The notes beneath the pieces were generated by a model. The model was not told the origin of the DNA. It did no database searches and was given only the letters and a program-made list of their open reading frames with translations. Shown piece after piece: positions 1 through 8,893 of a stretch of 50,237 nt of DNA; position 1 is the stretch's first letter; every line of letters begins with the position of its first letter. The DNA is from a virus: positions 1 to 50,237 of IMG/VR virus record IMGVR_UViG_3300045971_000013; one strand, written 5' to 3'. Both the position numbers and the translations under genes were made by a program.

Positions 1-127
1 CTTGTCTGGTGGGTACACAGTAGGCCAAGGTACAAACTCCTTCACAGCTAGTAGTGCTGGCACAGTGTTTGGTTCTGTGCTGTCTGGACAGAAGATTATG
101 TCTTTGCCATTCTCAACCTCTCTTGCA
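1..127. repeat. 127-bp exact duplicate of 50111..50237 (contig end overlap; circular closure)
   Basis: Base-by-base comparison of the first 127 nt with the last 127 nt shows identity; unique length about 50110 bp. Confidence 0.97.
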
Positions 128-409
128 ACAGGTGGGGACTATTACATGGCCTTTGCACAGTCGAGTGCCTCAGTTGGCAACACAGGTGCGATTCGCATGA
201 GTTGTGTTGTTCAAACGATTGCTACTAACGGTAGCTGGGGACAGCTTGATATTGGTGGAGCACGAGTCTCTAACTCTAGTTATTCTAATGAGCCTTATAT
301 GGTTAGTTACTCCGCGACATCTGGAGTATGGCCTGCTACATTAGCCAAGTCAGACATGAGGCTTAATGCCAACTCCATCAACCAAATGTACGCACTCCTA
401 GAGGCATAA
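2..409 (+). CDS. C-terminal end of the 878-aa fibre-like protein that starts at 47883 (wraps across the contig junction)
   Basis: Frame of 2..409 is continuous with the open frame 47883..50237 once 1..127 is overlaid on 50111..50237 (2228+409 nt = 879 codons); stop TAA 407..409. Confidence 0.8.
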   Translation: MSGGYTVGQGTNSFTASSAGTVFGSVLSGQKIMSLPFSTSLATGGDYYMAFAQSSASVGNTGAIRMSCVVQTIATNGSWGQLDIGGARVSNSSYSNEPYMVSYSATSGVWPATLAKSDMRLNANSINQMYALLEA

Positions 410-1146
410 TGGAACCACAAATCGTATCTAGCTACTCCGGTGGAATGCACAATGCAGACCTCACACAAACAGTAACCAGACTCAAGAAGGATGCTGGGTA
501 CAAGGACCTCTCTTGTATTCAGATAGTCCCTGCCTTCGGTACTATCCCGACTAAGGTTGTGGCTAACTGGCTACAGATATTCACTCCTCCTAATGGCAAG
601 TTCGTAAGACTCTTTGCCATTGGTATGGAAGTAGGAGAAGCCTTTAGTTCGTGTGTAGCTAGTGTGTTGGCTAACCCAGAGCTTGCTAAGTACAAGTACA
701 TCTTCACCCTAGAGCACGACAACACTTGTCCTCCTGATGTCATCGTAAAGCTCCTAGCTCAGATGGAAGCTCACCCAGAACTGTCTTGCATCTCAGGTTT
801 GTACTTCACTAAAGGGATGGGTGGAGCAGCACAAATCTGGGGCGACATCAATGATCCCGTACTTAACTTCAGACCACAGCTACCAGATGTGAATGGTGGG
901 CTTGTAGAATGCTGCGGTACAGGAATGGGCTGTGCTGTATGGCGTTTGGATATGTTCAAAGACGAACGTATCAAGCAGCCTTGGTTCAGAACCAAAGCAA
1001 GTGTTGATGAAGGTGTAGGTACTCAAGACCTATCCTTCTGGTCAGAAGCTAGGAAGTACGGTTATCGCTGCGCCGTTGATTGCAGCGTCAAGATAGGCCA
1101 TTACGACCATCTTGGAGTCTTTGGACCAGCAGAATTTACTTGGTAG
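409..1146 (+). CDS. GT-A fold (family 2-like) glycosyltransferase
   Basis: 245 aa; start overlaps fibre stop (TAATG); TLEHDN acidic motif in the DxD position; CGTGMGCAVWR and GTQDLSFW...IGHYD blocks resemble GT2-type enzymes. Confidence 0.6.
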   Translation: MEPQIVSSYSGGMHNADLTQTVTRLKKDAGYKDLSCIQIVPAFGTIPTKVVANWLQIFTPPNGKFVRLFAIGMEVGEAFSSCVASVLANPELAKYKYIFTLEHDNTCPPDVIVKLLAQMEAHPELSCISGLYFTKGMGGAAQIWGDINDPVLNFRPQLPDVNGGLVECCGTGMGCAVWRLDMFKDERIKQPWFRTKASVDEGVGTQDLSFWSEARKYGYRCAVDCSVKIGHYDHLGVFGPAEFTW

Positions 1147-1555
1147 TGGTATGACTCTCTTTAGCAAATCTTCCAGAGGAATCTCGCCCTTCAATATGGT
1201 GCTCAATAAAATGTTTGCCAACACTAGAACAACATACAAGATTTTCTATTCGGTTATCTCTGCGATTTCCGTTTATGTGGTGAACAGCCTCCGTTTTAAG
1301 CAGGCGTCTTCCCAGATGTTCTTCCATTGCCAATCTGTGTTGAAGTACGTACCCAAGTTTTATTGCATCAGGGTGACTCGGAAGGTAGGTGTAAAGATAG
1401 CCATCTTTTGCATGGAGTGTTCCTCCTTTCCAATTAGGATTACCCATGCCTTTTTTGGCTATGTTGTAGCATTTCATTCCGCAGTATTTAACTGCTCCGT
1501 TAGATGGGTAATACCTTCTTTCTTTTCCACAGATAGCGCAGTTTAGAGTTAGCAT
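1136..1555 (-). CDS. HNH homing endonuclease
   Basis: 139 aa; N-terminal CAICG...CGMKC zinc ribbon; HHINGNRRDNRIENL HNH core; opposite strand to both flanking genes. Confidence 0.8.
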   Translation of the reverse strand: MLTLNCAICGKERRYYPSNGAVKYCGMKCYNIAKKGMGNPNWKGGTLHAKDGYLYTYLPSHPDAIKLGYVLQHRLAMEEHLGRRLLKTEAVHHINGNRRDNRIENLVCCSSVGKHFIEHHIEGRDSSGRFAKESHTTTK

Positions 1556-1581
1556 AGTAGCCTTTCATATAGGAGTGTCCA

Positions 1582-2166
1582 ATGTCTACAACGAGTATAG
1601 CCAAACGCTTAACTAAAATCAAGGAGCCGATTAGACTTGATTTGGGCTGTGGTAAGAACAAAAAAGAAGGTTTTACTGGTGTAGACCAGTACAATATGGA
1701 AGGCGTGGATGTTGTCTTTGACATCCGTAAAGCTAAGTGGCCTTGGAAGGATGACTCTGTTGAGGAGGTGCATTGTGCCCACTTCATTGAACATCTAACC
1801 AATCTCAACGAATGTTGGGAACGGGTTCACTTCTTCAATGAACTCTACCGAGTTATGAAGAAGGGTGCCAAGTGTGCTCTTATCTTTCCCCACTGGGCTA
1901 GTAACCGTTTCTACGGTGACCCTACCCATAAGGAGCCTATGAGTGAGATGGCCTTCTATTACCTTGATCCTACGTGGAGAGAGACCCAAGCCCCGCACTC
2001 AGACATCAAGTGGAATCCTAACGGATACTCTTGCAACTTTGAGGCTACTTGGGGATACGGTATGCACCAATCTCTCCTCGCACGAAACCAAGAGTATCAG
2101 CAGTTCGCTTTGGCTAACTACAAAGAAGCTGCTACAGATATGTATGTAACACTCACCAAACGTTAA
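1582..2166 (+). CDS. Class I SAM-dependent methyltransferase
   Basis: 194 aa; LDLGCGKNKKEGFTGVD motif I; HCAHFIEHL and ALIFPH blocks typical of Methyltransf_11-like proteins. Confidence 0.7.
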   Translation: MSTTSIAKRLTKIKEPIRLDLGCGKNKKEGFTGVDQYNMEGVDVVFDIRKAKWPWKDDSVEEVHCAHFIEHLTNLNECWERVHFFNELYRVMKKGAKCALIFPHWASNRFYGDPTHKEPMSEMAFYYLDPTWRETQAPHSDIKWNPNGYSCNFEATWGYGMHQSLLARNQEYQQFALANYKEAATDMYVTLTKR

Positions 2167-2175
2167 GGAATCAAA

Positions 2176-2676
2176 ATGTCCCTCTCTCCTTCTGACCTGT
2201 ATGAAATCCGTAAGATCATCGTAGCTTCTAAGCTGCTTGACTCTGGTGCCTTTGATGCTGAACTTGATCGCATCACTATTGCTAACCAAGCTGCTGCTGA
2301 TGCCGCTGCTGCGGCTGTAGCTATCACTAATGATCGTTTCCTCAACCAAGCTGCTCAGATGCAGGATGAGTTGGATGCTAAGGAACTTGCATTGCAAGCT
2401 ACCCTTGCAGACATTGATGCTCGTGCTGCTGCACTCGACATCAAGCAGACTGACTACAACAACATCGCTGCTGATGTTGGTGCCAAGTTGGATGCCCTCA
2501 CTGCTCTAACTAAAGAGACTCAAGAGAAGACTGATGCTATGTATGCTGATGCAAACAAGCGTACTGCTAAGGTTGAGAAGCTTGAGAAGGCTCTTGCAGA
2601 ACGTGAAGCTGCTCTGGTTGCTGGTCAAGCTGAACTGGCTTCTAAGCTTGCTGCACTCAAAGCAATCTCTGCTTAA
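2176..2676 (+). CDS. Ala/Leu-rich coiled-coil protein (possible fibre stalk or tail-needle-like)
   Basis: 166 aa, heptad-like A/L/E/K composition throughout; sits directly upstream of the tailspike block. Confidence 0.4.
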   Translation: MSLSPSDLYEIRKIIVASKLLDSGAFDAELDRITIANQAAADAAAAAVAITNDRFLNQAAQMQDELDAKELALQATLADIDARAAALDIKQTDYNNIAADVGAKLDALTALTKETQEKTDAMYADANKRTAKVEKLEKALAEREAALVAGQAELASKLAALKAISA

Positions 2677-2677
2677 T

Positions 2678-2691
2678 TGTTCCTAGTAACA
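2678..2691. promoter_or_regulatory. CTAG quasi-palindrome TGTTCCTAGTAACA, intergenic
   Basis: Exact motif copy in the 38-nt gap between 2176..2676 and 2715..4355; 23 nt before the ATG. Confidence 0.6.
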
Positions 2692-2714
2692 ACTTCTCCT
2701 AGTAGGTTAACGAC

Positions 2715-4355
2715 ATGACTTCAACCACGTTTGTATCTGGAACAACCATTGAATCTCCGTGGTTGAATGATGTCAATGATCTCACTTACAACAAAACATT
2801 CCCGGATGGGTCAGTAGTTTTATCTGCTCTTCCGGGTAGTGTTGTTGACTCTACTTTAGTTGGGTACACACCTGCTGGTACTGGTACTGTTGGAACTACG
2901 GTTCAAGCCAAGCTGCGTGAGAGTGTGAGCGTAAAGGACTTTGGTGCTGATCCTACTGGGGTTGCTGATAGTACCACTGCTTTTACCAGTGCAATTGCGG
3001 CAGCTTCTGAGGTATTCATCCCAACAGGGACGTACCTGATTTCCTCCACACTAACGATTCAGAATAAATCGGGCTTCCGTTTGCGTGGTTCCAACATGGC
3101 AACGGAATTAAAGTGGGTAGGTGCAAATGATGGCGTGATGATGAAGCTCACGCAGTCCCGTTTCACAACGCTTGAGAATTTCTATCTGAACGGAAACTCA
3201 ATCGCTGGCACAAACCTGCTGATTGATGACCCTGTCGGTGGAACCTACTCGACCACCGTTGGCGACTATCGCAAGATTCGCATGGGCAATAACCGCCCAG
3301 CAGGCACGCTGCCTGCACTGGACATTGGAACCTCAACCAGTACACAGATCGACGTTCAGACGTTCTACGACTGCACGATTGAGAACTCCACCAAGCTGTT
3401 CAGAATGCAGTCGGCAGTCACCCTGAATATCAACTTTGTATCCTGTGAGTTTGAAGCGTATCTGGCAGCATGCACAACCACCATCGGCATGGACTTGATA
3501 TCAGGTGGCAACTTGTCATTCACAAACTGCCTATGGGTTGGTCAAGCAATTACTGCGATGATCCAGCGATCTGTGCAATTTGGATTACTGGGGTTTGTGA
3601 ACTGCGAGACTGAAATCATCGGGCCAGGTTCTCCATTCCTGTATGCAGTAGATGACACCGCAAGTGTCAACAACTCGCCAGTCACTATTCTTAATTCCAC
3701 CCTCGGCTATGCGGGAACTGGTGGCATTAACTGGATTGACTATCGCCAGCGCGGAACGCTGCACATTCAAGGCAGCACGATCAATTCATCAAATGCTGTG
3801 AACCTTAACCATGCGCCGCCTGCATCGGCTTTGTTTTTGGATAACGGAAACCAGTACATCAATATAACTTTGGTTCAGGGCGCAAATAGCAAACGAGGTG
3901 GGTTCGATCAGATCACAGGCATCTTCCGAGCACCCGCCCTGTCTGGAAATGTCTACGGTACTGGTTCTGCGATCAGTGGAGTAATGCAAACACTGAGGCA
4001 GGGAACAGCCGATGCTACTTTGTTTAGGGCAACTGGTCTGGCCTCTGGTGGTGGTACTGCAAACGCAACCCAATGCGTAGAGACAAACACCGCTATGACC
4101 ACGGTGGCGAAGAATGTCGCGCATATCGAGGACGCGAGTTTGATTTTGATTCGCGGCACTGATGGGGGTGGTAATGACTTCCTTGATTTGGTTATCTCTA
4201 CAAATAGTGGAACGCCTACGGTAATAACGTCGAAAACTCTATCCGGTGCTCCGGCAGCACGAACCTACACAACCGCATCGTTTGTATTGCAGCTTGCGAT
4301 GGCCTCCGGAACTTACACCACCAACGCAATGTGGTGGCAAATGACTGCTAGATAA
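2715..4355 (+). CDS. Tailspike / depolymerase with pectate-lyase-like beta-helix
   Basis: 546 aa; VSVKDFGADPTGVADSTTAFTSAI...IPTGTYLI N-cap motif of Pectate_lyase_3-type proteins; N-terminal SPWLNDVNDLTY anchor motif. Confidence 0.7.
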   Translation: MTSTTFVSGTTIESPWLNDVNDLTYNKTFPDGSVVLSALPGSVVDSTLVGYTPAGTGTVGTTVQAKLRESVSVKDFGADPTGVADSTTAFTSAIAAASEVFIPTGTYLISSTLTIQNKSGFRLRGSNMATELKWVGANDGVMMKLTQSRFTTLENFYLNGNSIAGTNLLIDDPVGGTYSTTVGDYRKIRMGNNRPAGTLPALDIGTSTSTQIDVQTFYDCTIENSTKLFRMQSAVTLNINFVSCEFEAYLAACTTTIGMDLISGGNLSFTNCLWVGQAITAMIQRSVQFGLLGFVNCETEIIGPGSPFLYAVDDTASVNNSPVTILNSTLGYAGTGGINWIDYRQRGTLHIQGSTINSSNAVNLNHAPPASALFLDNGNQYINITLVQGANSKRGGFDQITGIFRAPALSGNVYGTGSAISGVMQTLRQGTADATLFRATGLASGGGTANATQCVETNTAMTTVAKNVAHIEDASLILIRGTDGGGNDFLDLVISTNSGTPTVITSKTLSGAPAARTYTTASFVLQLAMASGTYTTNAMWWQMTAR

Positions 4356-4356
4356 A

Positions 4357-5160
4357 ATGGCTAATAGCAACATTACCAATTTAGGAAGTATCGCAGTTCC
4401 CTTAGCTGGGACTGAGGTGGTGCCTATCTGGGGCACCACGCCCACCAAGAAGGTGACAGTCGAGAACTTGACTGCTGGAAGGACTGTGTCGGTAGGTCGC
4501 TTGCTGGTTGGGACATTGACTGCCGTAGGTACGAATGCGGGTGAGGCTTACTTTGGCAACAGTTCAGCTATCCGTTGGCGTAATGCAGCCAACACAGGTT
4601 GGTTAAATGTCATATACGTTGATGCAAGTAATAACTTACAGCTAGGTGGAGGTGGTGCAACTGCTGACTTAGTGATGGCAGTCGGTGGGATCGGTGAAGT
4701 AGCTCGCGTAACAACAACAGGTATTAAACCAATTAGCGGCAAGGGTATGGACTTCTCCGCAGTAACCGCTGCTGCTGGAATGACCAGCAAGGTGCTGACC
4801 AACTATGAGGAGGGCACTTGGACTCCAGCCGTCACTTCCCAAACTGGGGCTTTAACTGCCTATACCTCTTCTGGTCGATATACAAGAGTCGGTAATCAAG
4901 TAACACTAATTGGAACTTTCAAAGTTACTACGCCGGGTACTGCTGGTGGTGTCGCACTTATTACTGGATTCCCTTTTACGTCTAGCTCTGCGATGCCATC
5001 ATATGTGGGTGTGGCTAGAGAAAGCTCACTTACTGGAATTATTTATCAAGCTTTGGCTTATAGTAGTTCAACAAGTGGTCAAGTAGCGTCTACTATAAAT
5101 GGTCCTATTGATTGGACATTGAATGCCAGCTACATACTTACTATTGTCTACTTCATATAA
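4357..5160 (+). CDS. Tail fibre protein
   Basis: 267 aa, 1-nt gap after the tailspike; Gly/Thr/Ser-rich; NYEEGTWTP motif common in phage fibre distal domains. Confidence 0.5.
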   Translation: MANSNITNLGSIAVPLAGTEVVPIWGTTPTKKVTVENLTAGRTVSVGRLLVGTLTAVGTNAGEAYFGNSSAIRWRNAANTGWLNVIYVDASNNLQLGGGGATADLVMAVGGIGEVARVTTTGIKPISGKGMDFSAVTAAAGMTSKVLTNYEEGTWTPAVTSQTGALTAYTSSGRYTRVGNQVTLIGTFKVTTPGTAGGVALITGFPFTSSSAMPSYVGVARESSLTGIIYQALAYSSSTSGQVASTINGPIDWTLNASYILTIVYFI

Positions 5161-5173
5161 ACAGGGGTTATAA

Positions 5174-6763
5174 ATGTCTTTAACTAAAGTAACTAATTCG
5201 ATGATAACTGGCGCTCCAGTTAATGTGCTGGACTATGGCGCAAAGGGCGATGGGGTTACTGATGATCGTGCAGCTATCCAATCCGCGATTGATTACGCCA
5301 CTTCATTGAATCGTGCCGTGTACTTACCCGGAGGTCGCTACCGTATAAATAGTGCTGGAGTTACTTTTAGTGGAAAGGTTTGTGGACTCTACTTCAATAA
5401 CTTTGTTGCTGGCCCACAGTTTGGTAAACACCTTGAGATGTTTGGGGATGGTTACTATGCTACGGAGATATTTTGCGACAGTTCATCCCCCGGCATTGAT
5501 TACCTCATTGCTTCGATTGGATCAGGTGCTGGTGAAGGGCATTCAAATTATGCAGTGACTTGCTCTGGTACAGCTTCAACAAGCGTAACAACCAACCTAT
5601 ATGTCTCTGGTGGACCACAGAACATACGGGATATTTGGGCTGGTGGAGCAAAACGAGGATTCATGGGTGGTGATAACTATGTTGGATGCTACAGTGAGTT
5701 CGCTTCTGAATATGGCTTTTACTTCTATAACCAAGATGTTGCGTACCTAGTTAATTGTGCTACTGACGGTGCCGGTCTTGCTGGTATCTATATACAGGAT
5801 GACGTAGCTATAGAATTAACCTCACCAGAAACACAGGCTTTCTTTGGTGTTTCAGCTATCAACTGTAATTTCTATTCTGCTCAATCTGAAACAGGGGTTG
5901 GGGTCAAGATAGTTTCGGATCGCTATTCGTACACACACCATCAGTTTACAAATTGCACTTTTGGAAATAATGGGTTCCCACTTGGGGTGGTTAATCCGCT
6001 TGCATGGATTACGGCCTATGGTGCTTATATAACGAGCGCAAGTTCTGTTTCATTCACGAATTGCAAATTTCCTCTGTTGAAGTATGGAAACATTGTCCAA
6101 GGATGTGAGTCTGTTAATTTTACAAATTGTGTATTCTCAAAAACAGGTTACCTAAGCACCATAGCAACCACATGGCAATGTGCCGACTTAAGTATTGGCT
6201 CTAGCGCAAACAGTGTAATTATTATGGGCTGCGTGTTTGACACAACAGCAGGCTATGCAATCAACTCAACTGACTGCAAGAATCTCACTGTAATAGGCAA
6301 CACATTTACTGATGTAGCAAGTGGGGGATTGAACAGTAGCGGTGTGCGTGTGAATTTGACTAACGCTACAGTGGGTAACACAGCTATAGCAATCACTCCA
6401 GCGACTACGGTACAAACACTTAAAATAATTGACAACCATTTTGACTGCCCTACGATATACAACACAGGGAAGTATGGTATTAAGATTAATTGTTCTGTTG
6501 CAGTTCCCGCTGGTGGCCGCATCAAGATTAGTCAGAATACTGATTCTGGAACTTCTTTTGCGACCAATTACTCTGTAACTACAGCGACAGCAATACAGAA
6601 AAATGCTTGGAATGTAATAAACGATTCACTTGTAACTGCAACCCCACAAGGAATGCCAGCAGTTGCAGATGCAGATGCCCCCACATCGACAATCTACTAC
6701 TCTAGTACCGCTAGTAAGTTAGTTTGGAAAGATGCTGGAGGAGTCGTTAACAACCTTTACTAA
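5174..6763 (+). CDS. Second tailspike / depolymerase (pectate-lyase-like beta-helix)
   Basis: 529 aa; [27 protein letters not shown]...[10 protein letters not shown] motif; repeated N-x-x-F/I beta-helix rungs (FTNCTF, FTNCKF, FTNCVF). Confidence 0.7.
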   Translation: MSLTKVTNSMITGAPVNVLDYGAKGDGVTDDRAAIQSAIDYATSLNRAVYLPGGRYRINSAGVTFSGKVCGLYFNNFVAGPQFGKHLEMFGDGYYATEIFCDSSSPGIDYLIASIGSGAGEGHSNYAVTCSGTASTSVTTNLYVSGGPQNIRDIWAGGAKRGFMGGDNYVGCYSEFASEYGFYFYNQDVAYLVNCATDGAGLAGIYIQDDVAIELTSPETQAFFGVSAINCNFYSAQSETGVGVKIVSDRYSYTHHQFTNCTFGNNGFPLGVVNPLAWITAYGAYITSASSVSFTNCKFPLLKYGNIVQGCESVNFTNCVFSKTGYLSTIATTWQCADLSIGSSANSVIIMGCVFDTTAGYAINSTDCKNLTVIGNTFTDVASGGLNSSGVRVNLTNATVGNTAIAITPATTVQTLKIIDNHFDCPTIYNTGKYGIKINCSVAVPAGGRIKISQNTDSGTSFATNYSVTTATAIQKNAWNVINDSLVTATPQGMPAVADADAPTSTIYYSSTASKLVWKDAGGVVNNLY

Positions 6764-6772
6764 GGAGCCTCC

Positions 6773-6973
6773 ATGAACTTAATCCTTCAACGCCTCAAAT
6801 CCAAGACCTATTGGGTAGCCCTAGTAGGTGCTCTGTTGACTGTCATTGAGGCTAACAGTGGCTTCATTGGTCAGTACATTCCAATGCCTTACCGTACTTA
6901 CATCATCATGCTCTGGCCTGTTGTGATGCTAGTATTGCGAGAAGTTACCACTACTGCCTTGGCTGACAAATGA
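6773..6973 (+). CDS. Small two-TM membrane protein, holin-like
   Basis: 66 aa; basic N-terminus (LKSKTYW) followed by two hydrophobic segments. Confidence 0.4.
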   Translation: MNLILQRLKSKTYWVALVGALLTVIEANSGFIGQYIPMPYRTYIIMLWPVVMLVLREVTTTALADK

Positions 6974-7317
6974 TTTCCGAAGATCGTCGTAAAGACAACC
7001 CTATGCCAGCACTACTAGCCCTCGTTACCCAAGTCCATGAGACTCAGTTGGAGATGGATAGGAAGCTGACTACCCACATGACTAATGAGACACAAGAGCT
7101 TGCTAGAGCAATGACTGAGTTGATGTCAAAGGCATTCCCAGCAGGGGACCCTGAAGGGCATAGACATCACCACGAGCTTGTTATCAAGCAAGCAGAAGAG
7201 AAGGCTAGGTTCTGGCATGAGATGAGGGTAGCTGCTGCTAAGTGGGCAGGGTTGGGTGTCCTAAGCTTCTTAGCCCTAGCTGCATGGCAAGCATTCCTCA
7301 AGGGACCTACTCCCTAA
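6970..7317 (+). CDS. C-terminally membrane-anchored helical protein with a His-rich patch
   Basis: 115 aa; ATGA overlap with the upstream ORF; GHRHHHE patch; C-terminal hydrophobic segment WAGLGVLSFLALAAW. Confidence 0.35.
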   Translation: MISEDRRKDNPMPALLALVTQVHETQLEMDRKLTTHMTNETQELARAMTELMSKAFPAGDPEGHRHHHELVIKQAEEKARFWHEMRVAAAKWAGLGVLSFLALAAWQAFLKGPTP

Positions 7318-7318
7318 T

Positions 7319-7332
7319 TGTTACTAGGAACA
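7319..7332. promoter_or_regulatory. CTAG quasi-palindrome TGTTACTAGGAACA, intergenic
   Basis: Exact motif copy in the 19-nt gap before 7337..7636; ends 4 nt before the ATG. Confidence 0.6.
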
Positions 7333-7336
7333 CATT

Positions 7337-7636
7337 ATGTCCAGCACATACTTCATAGATGCGATCACTCCGATCACAGCAGCTTGGCTCAACGATGTCA
7401 ATGAGTCTGTCTACGGCACTGGTCCTGCTACTCGTAGCCGAGGGGCTGTTACTGCTATAGCTGGTCAAACGATCTTTACTGTACCGTTTGCCTTTACAGC
7501 AGGGTCTCTTGATCTTGTGGTCTACATCAATGGTATCTTTCAAGTACTTGGTACTAGCTACACAGAAAACCTGAACAACACCATCACCTTCTCTGAAGCT
7601 GTTCCTGTTAACTGCGTTGTAGAGTTCGTGGGGTAA
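7337..7636 (+). CDS. Small fibre-adaptor-like protein sharing the N-terminal WLNDVN module with 2715..4355
   Basis: 99 aa; MSSTYFIDAITPITAAWLNDVNESVY aligns with MTSTTFVSGTTIESPWLNDVNDLTY. Confidence 0.45.
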   Translation: MSSTYFIDAITPITAAWLNDVNESVYGTGPATRSRGAVTAIAGQTIFTVPFAFTAGSLDLVVYINGIFQVLGTSYTENLNNTITFSEAVPVNCVVEFVG

Positions 7637-7639
7637 CAC

Positions 7640-8044
7640 ATGTCCACTCCACAGTATTGGGACAATGGAACTTGGAACACTATCTGCGATGTATGCGGTA
7701 GACAGTTCCGTGCATTCCAACTCACTAAGAGGTGGGATGGTCTCATGGTGTGTGCAGGGGACTGGGAGACTCGTCAACCACAAGACTTCGTAAGAGGTGT
7801 TGCGGATACTCAGGCTCCCCCTTACACTAGACCAGAGCAGCAAGATACTTTTGTATTCTTCTGTACCCAACAAACTGCTCAAGGTGCTGCTGACTACGGT
7901 GTGGCTGATTGTGCCCAAGCAGACATAGATCATGGAGTTAGACCAGCTTGTACTTTGGAAGGCTCTATGTCCTTCGCAAGTATTGCCGTAGCTGGATGTG
8001 CGATAGCAGGTAAGACTGCTCCACAGCTAAACGACTTCTACTAG
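7640..8044 (+). CDS. Cys-rich virion-associated protein
   Basis: 134 aa; CDVCG...MVCAGDWETRQPQD zinc-ribbon-like spacing; embedded in tail genes. Confidence 0.35.
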   Translation: MSTPQYWDNGTWNTICDVCGRQFRAFQLTKRWDGLMVCAGDWETRQPQDFVRGVADTQAPPYTRPEQQDTFVFFCTQQTAQGAADYGVADCAQADIDHGVRPACTLEGSMSFASIAVAGCAIAGKTAPQLNDFY

Positions 8045-8054
8045 GATACCCAAC

Positions 8055-8801
8055 ATGAGTTCTACCTACACCGTAACCCGAGACCAGATCATTACCCTAG
8101 CTCTTCGTAAGCTATGTGTTCTTGAAATTGGTTCTACTCCTGATGCTGACACAGTGGCTAATGCTTCCATGTCTCTCAACCTCTTCGTCAAGCAGATGAG
8201 CACTGAAGGATTGAAGATGTGGAAGAACTCTGAGTTGATCATCCCTCTTACTTCAGGACAGACCTCATACGTGCTAGGAGGCTCTACAAGCACTTTAATG
8301 TATGACAGCCTAGCTCCTACCACAGCGATCACAGATAAGCCTCTGAAGGTCATCCAAGCATGGTACCGGACCACTACTGTTACGCCTGTTGTAGATACTC
8401 CGGTACTGCTGATCTCTAAGCAAGAGTACAACATCTTGGGTTCTAAGTTCTCTACTGGTACTGCTAACAGTTTGTACTACAGTGTTAAGGCTCTCAACGG
8501 TATCTTGTATGTCTACCTGACTCCTGATGCCTACTCTCAGGCTAACCTCTCTCTGCACTTGATTGCTCAGATGCCTCTGAATGACATCAGCTTGTCTACA
8601 GACATCCCTGACTTCCCTAACGAGTGGATGAATTGCTTGGTGTGGAACCTAGCTGACCAGATGGCCTTGGAGTACGGTGTTCCTATGAACCATAGGCAAG
8701 AGATCATGCAACGAGCTTTGCTCTACAAGTCAGAGTTGAACAACTGGGATGTTGAAGCTTCTAGTACCTTCTTCCAACCGCAAGCATTGGGGTATAGATA
8801 A
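8055..8801 (+). CDS. Head-to-tail adaptor, P22 gp4-like
   Basis: 248 aa; TRDQIITLALRKLCVLEIGSTPDADTVANASMSLNLFVKQM parallels the remembered P22 gp4 N-terminus ([38 protein letters not shown]). Confidence 0.6.
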   Translation: MSSTYTVTRDQIITLALRKLCVLEIGSTPDADTVANASMSLNLFVKQMSTEGLKMWKNSELIIPLTSGQTSYVLGGSTSTLMYDSLAPTTAITDKPLKVIQAWYRTTTVTPVVDTPVLLISKQEYNILGSKFSTGTANSLYYSVKALNGILYVYLTPDAYSQANLSLHLIAQMPLNDISLSTDIPDFPNEWMNCLVWNLADQMALEYGVPMNHRQEIMQRALLYKSELNNWDVEASSTFFQPQALGYR

Positions 8802-8893
8802 TGACTCGCCTTTGTAGTCTATGCCGGGTTGAGAAGCCTTTAGATTTGTTCTACAAAGAGGTTCTGCTTACCGGGGGTAAGGATGGCTACTGA
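8801..8893 (+). pseudogene. 30-codon relic resembling the zinc-ribbon N-terminus of a homing endonuclease
   Basis: MTRLCSLCRVEKPLDLFYKEVLLTGGKDGY*; CxxC...KP...FYK...KDGY pattern typical of phage HNH/AP2 endonuclease N-termini; truncated; overlaps the next gene start. Confidence 0.3.
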
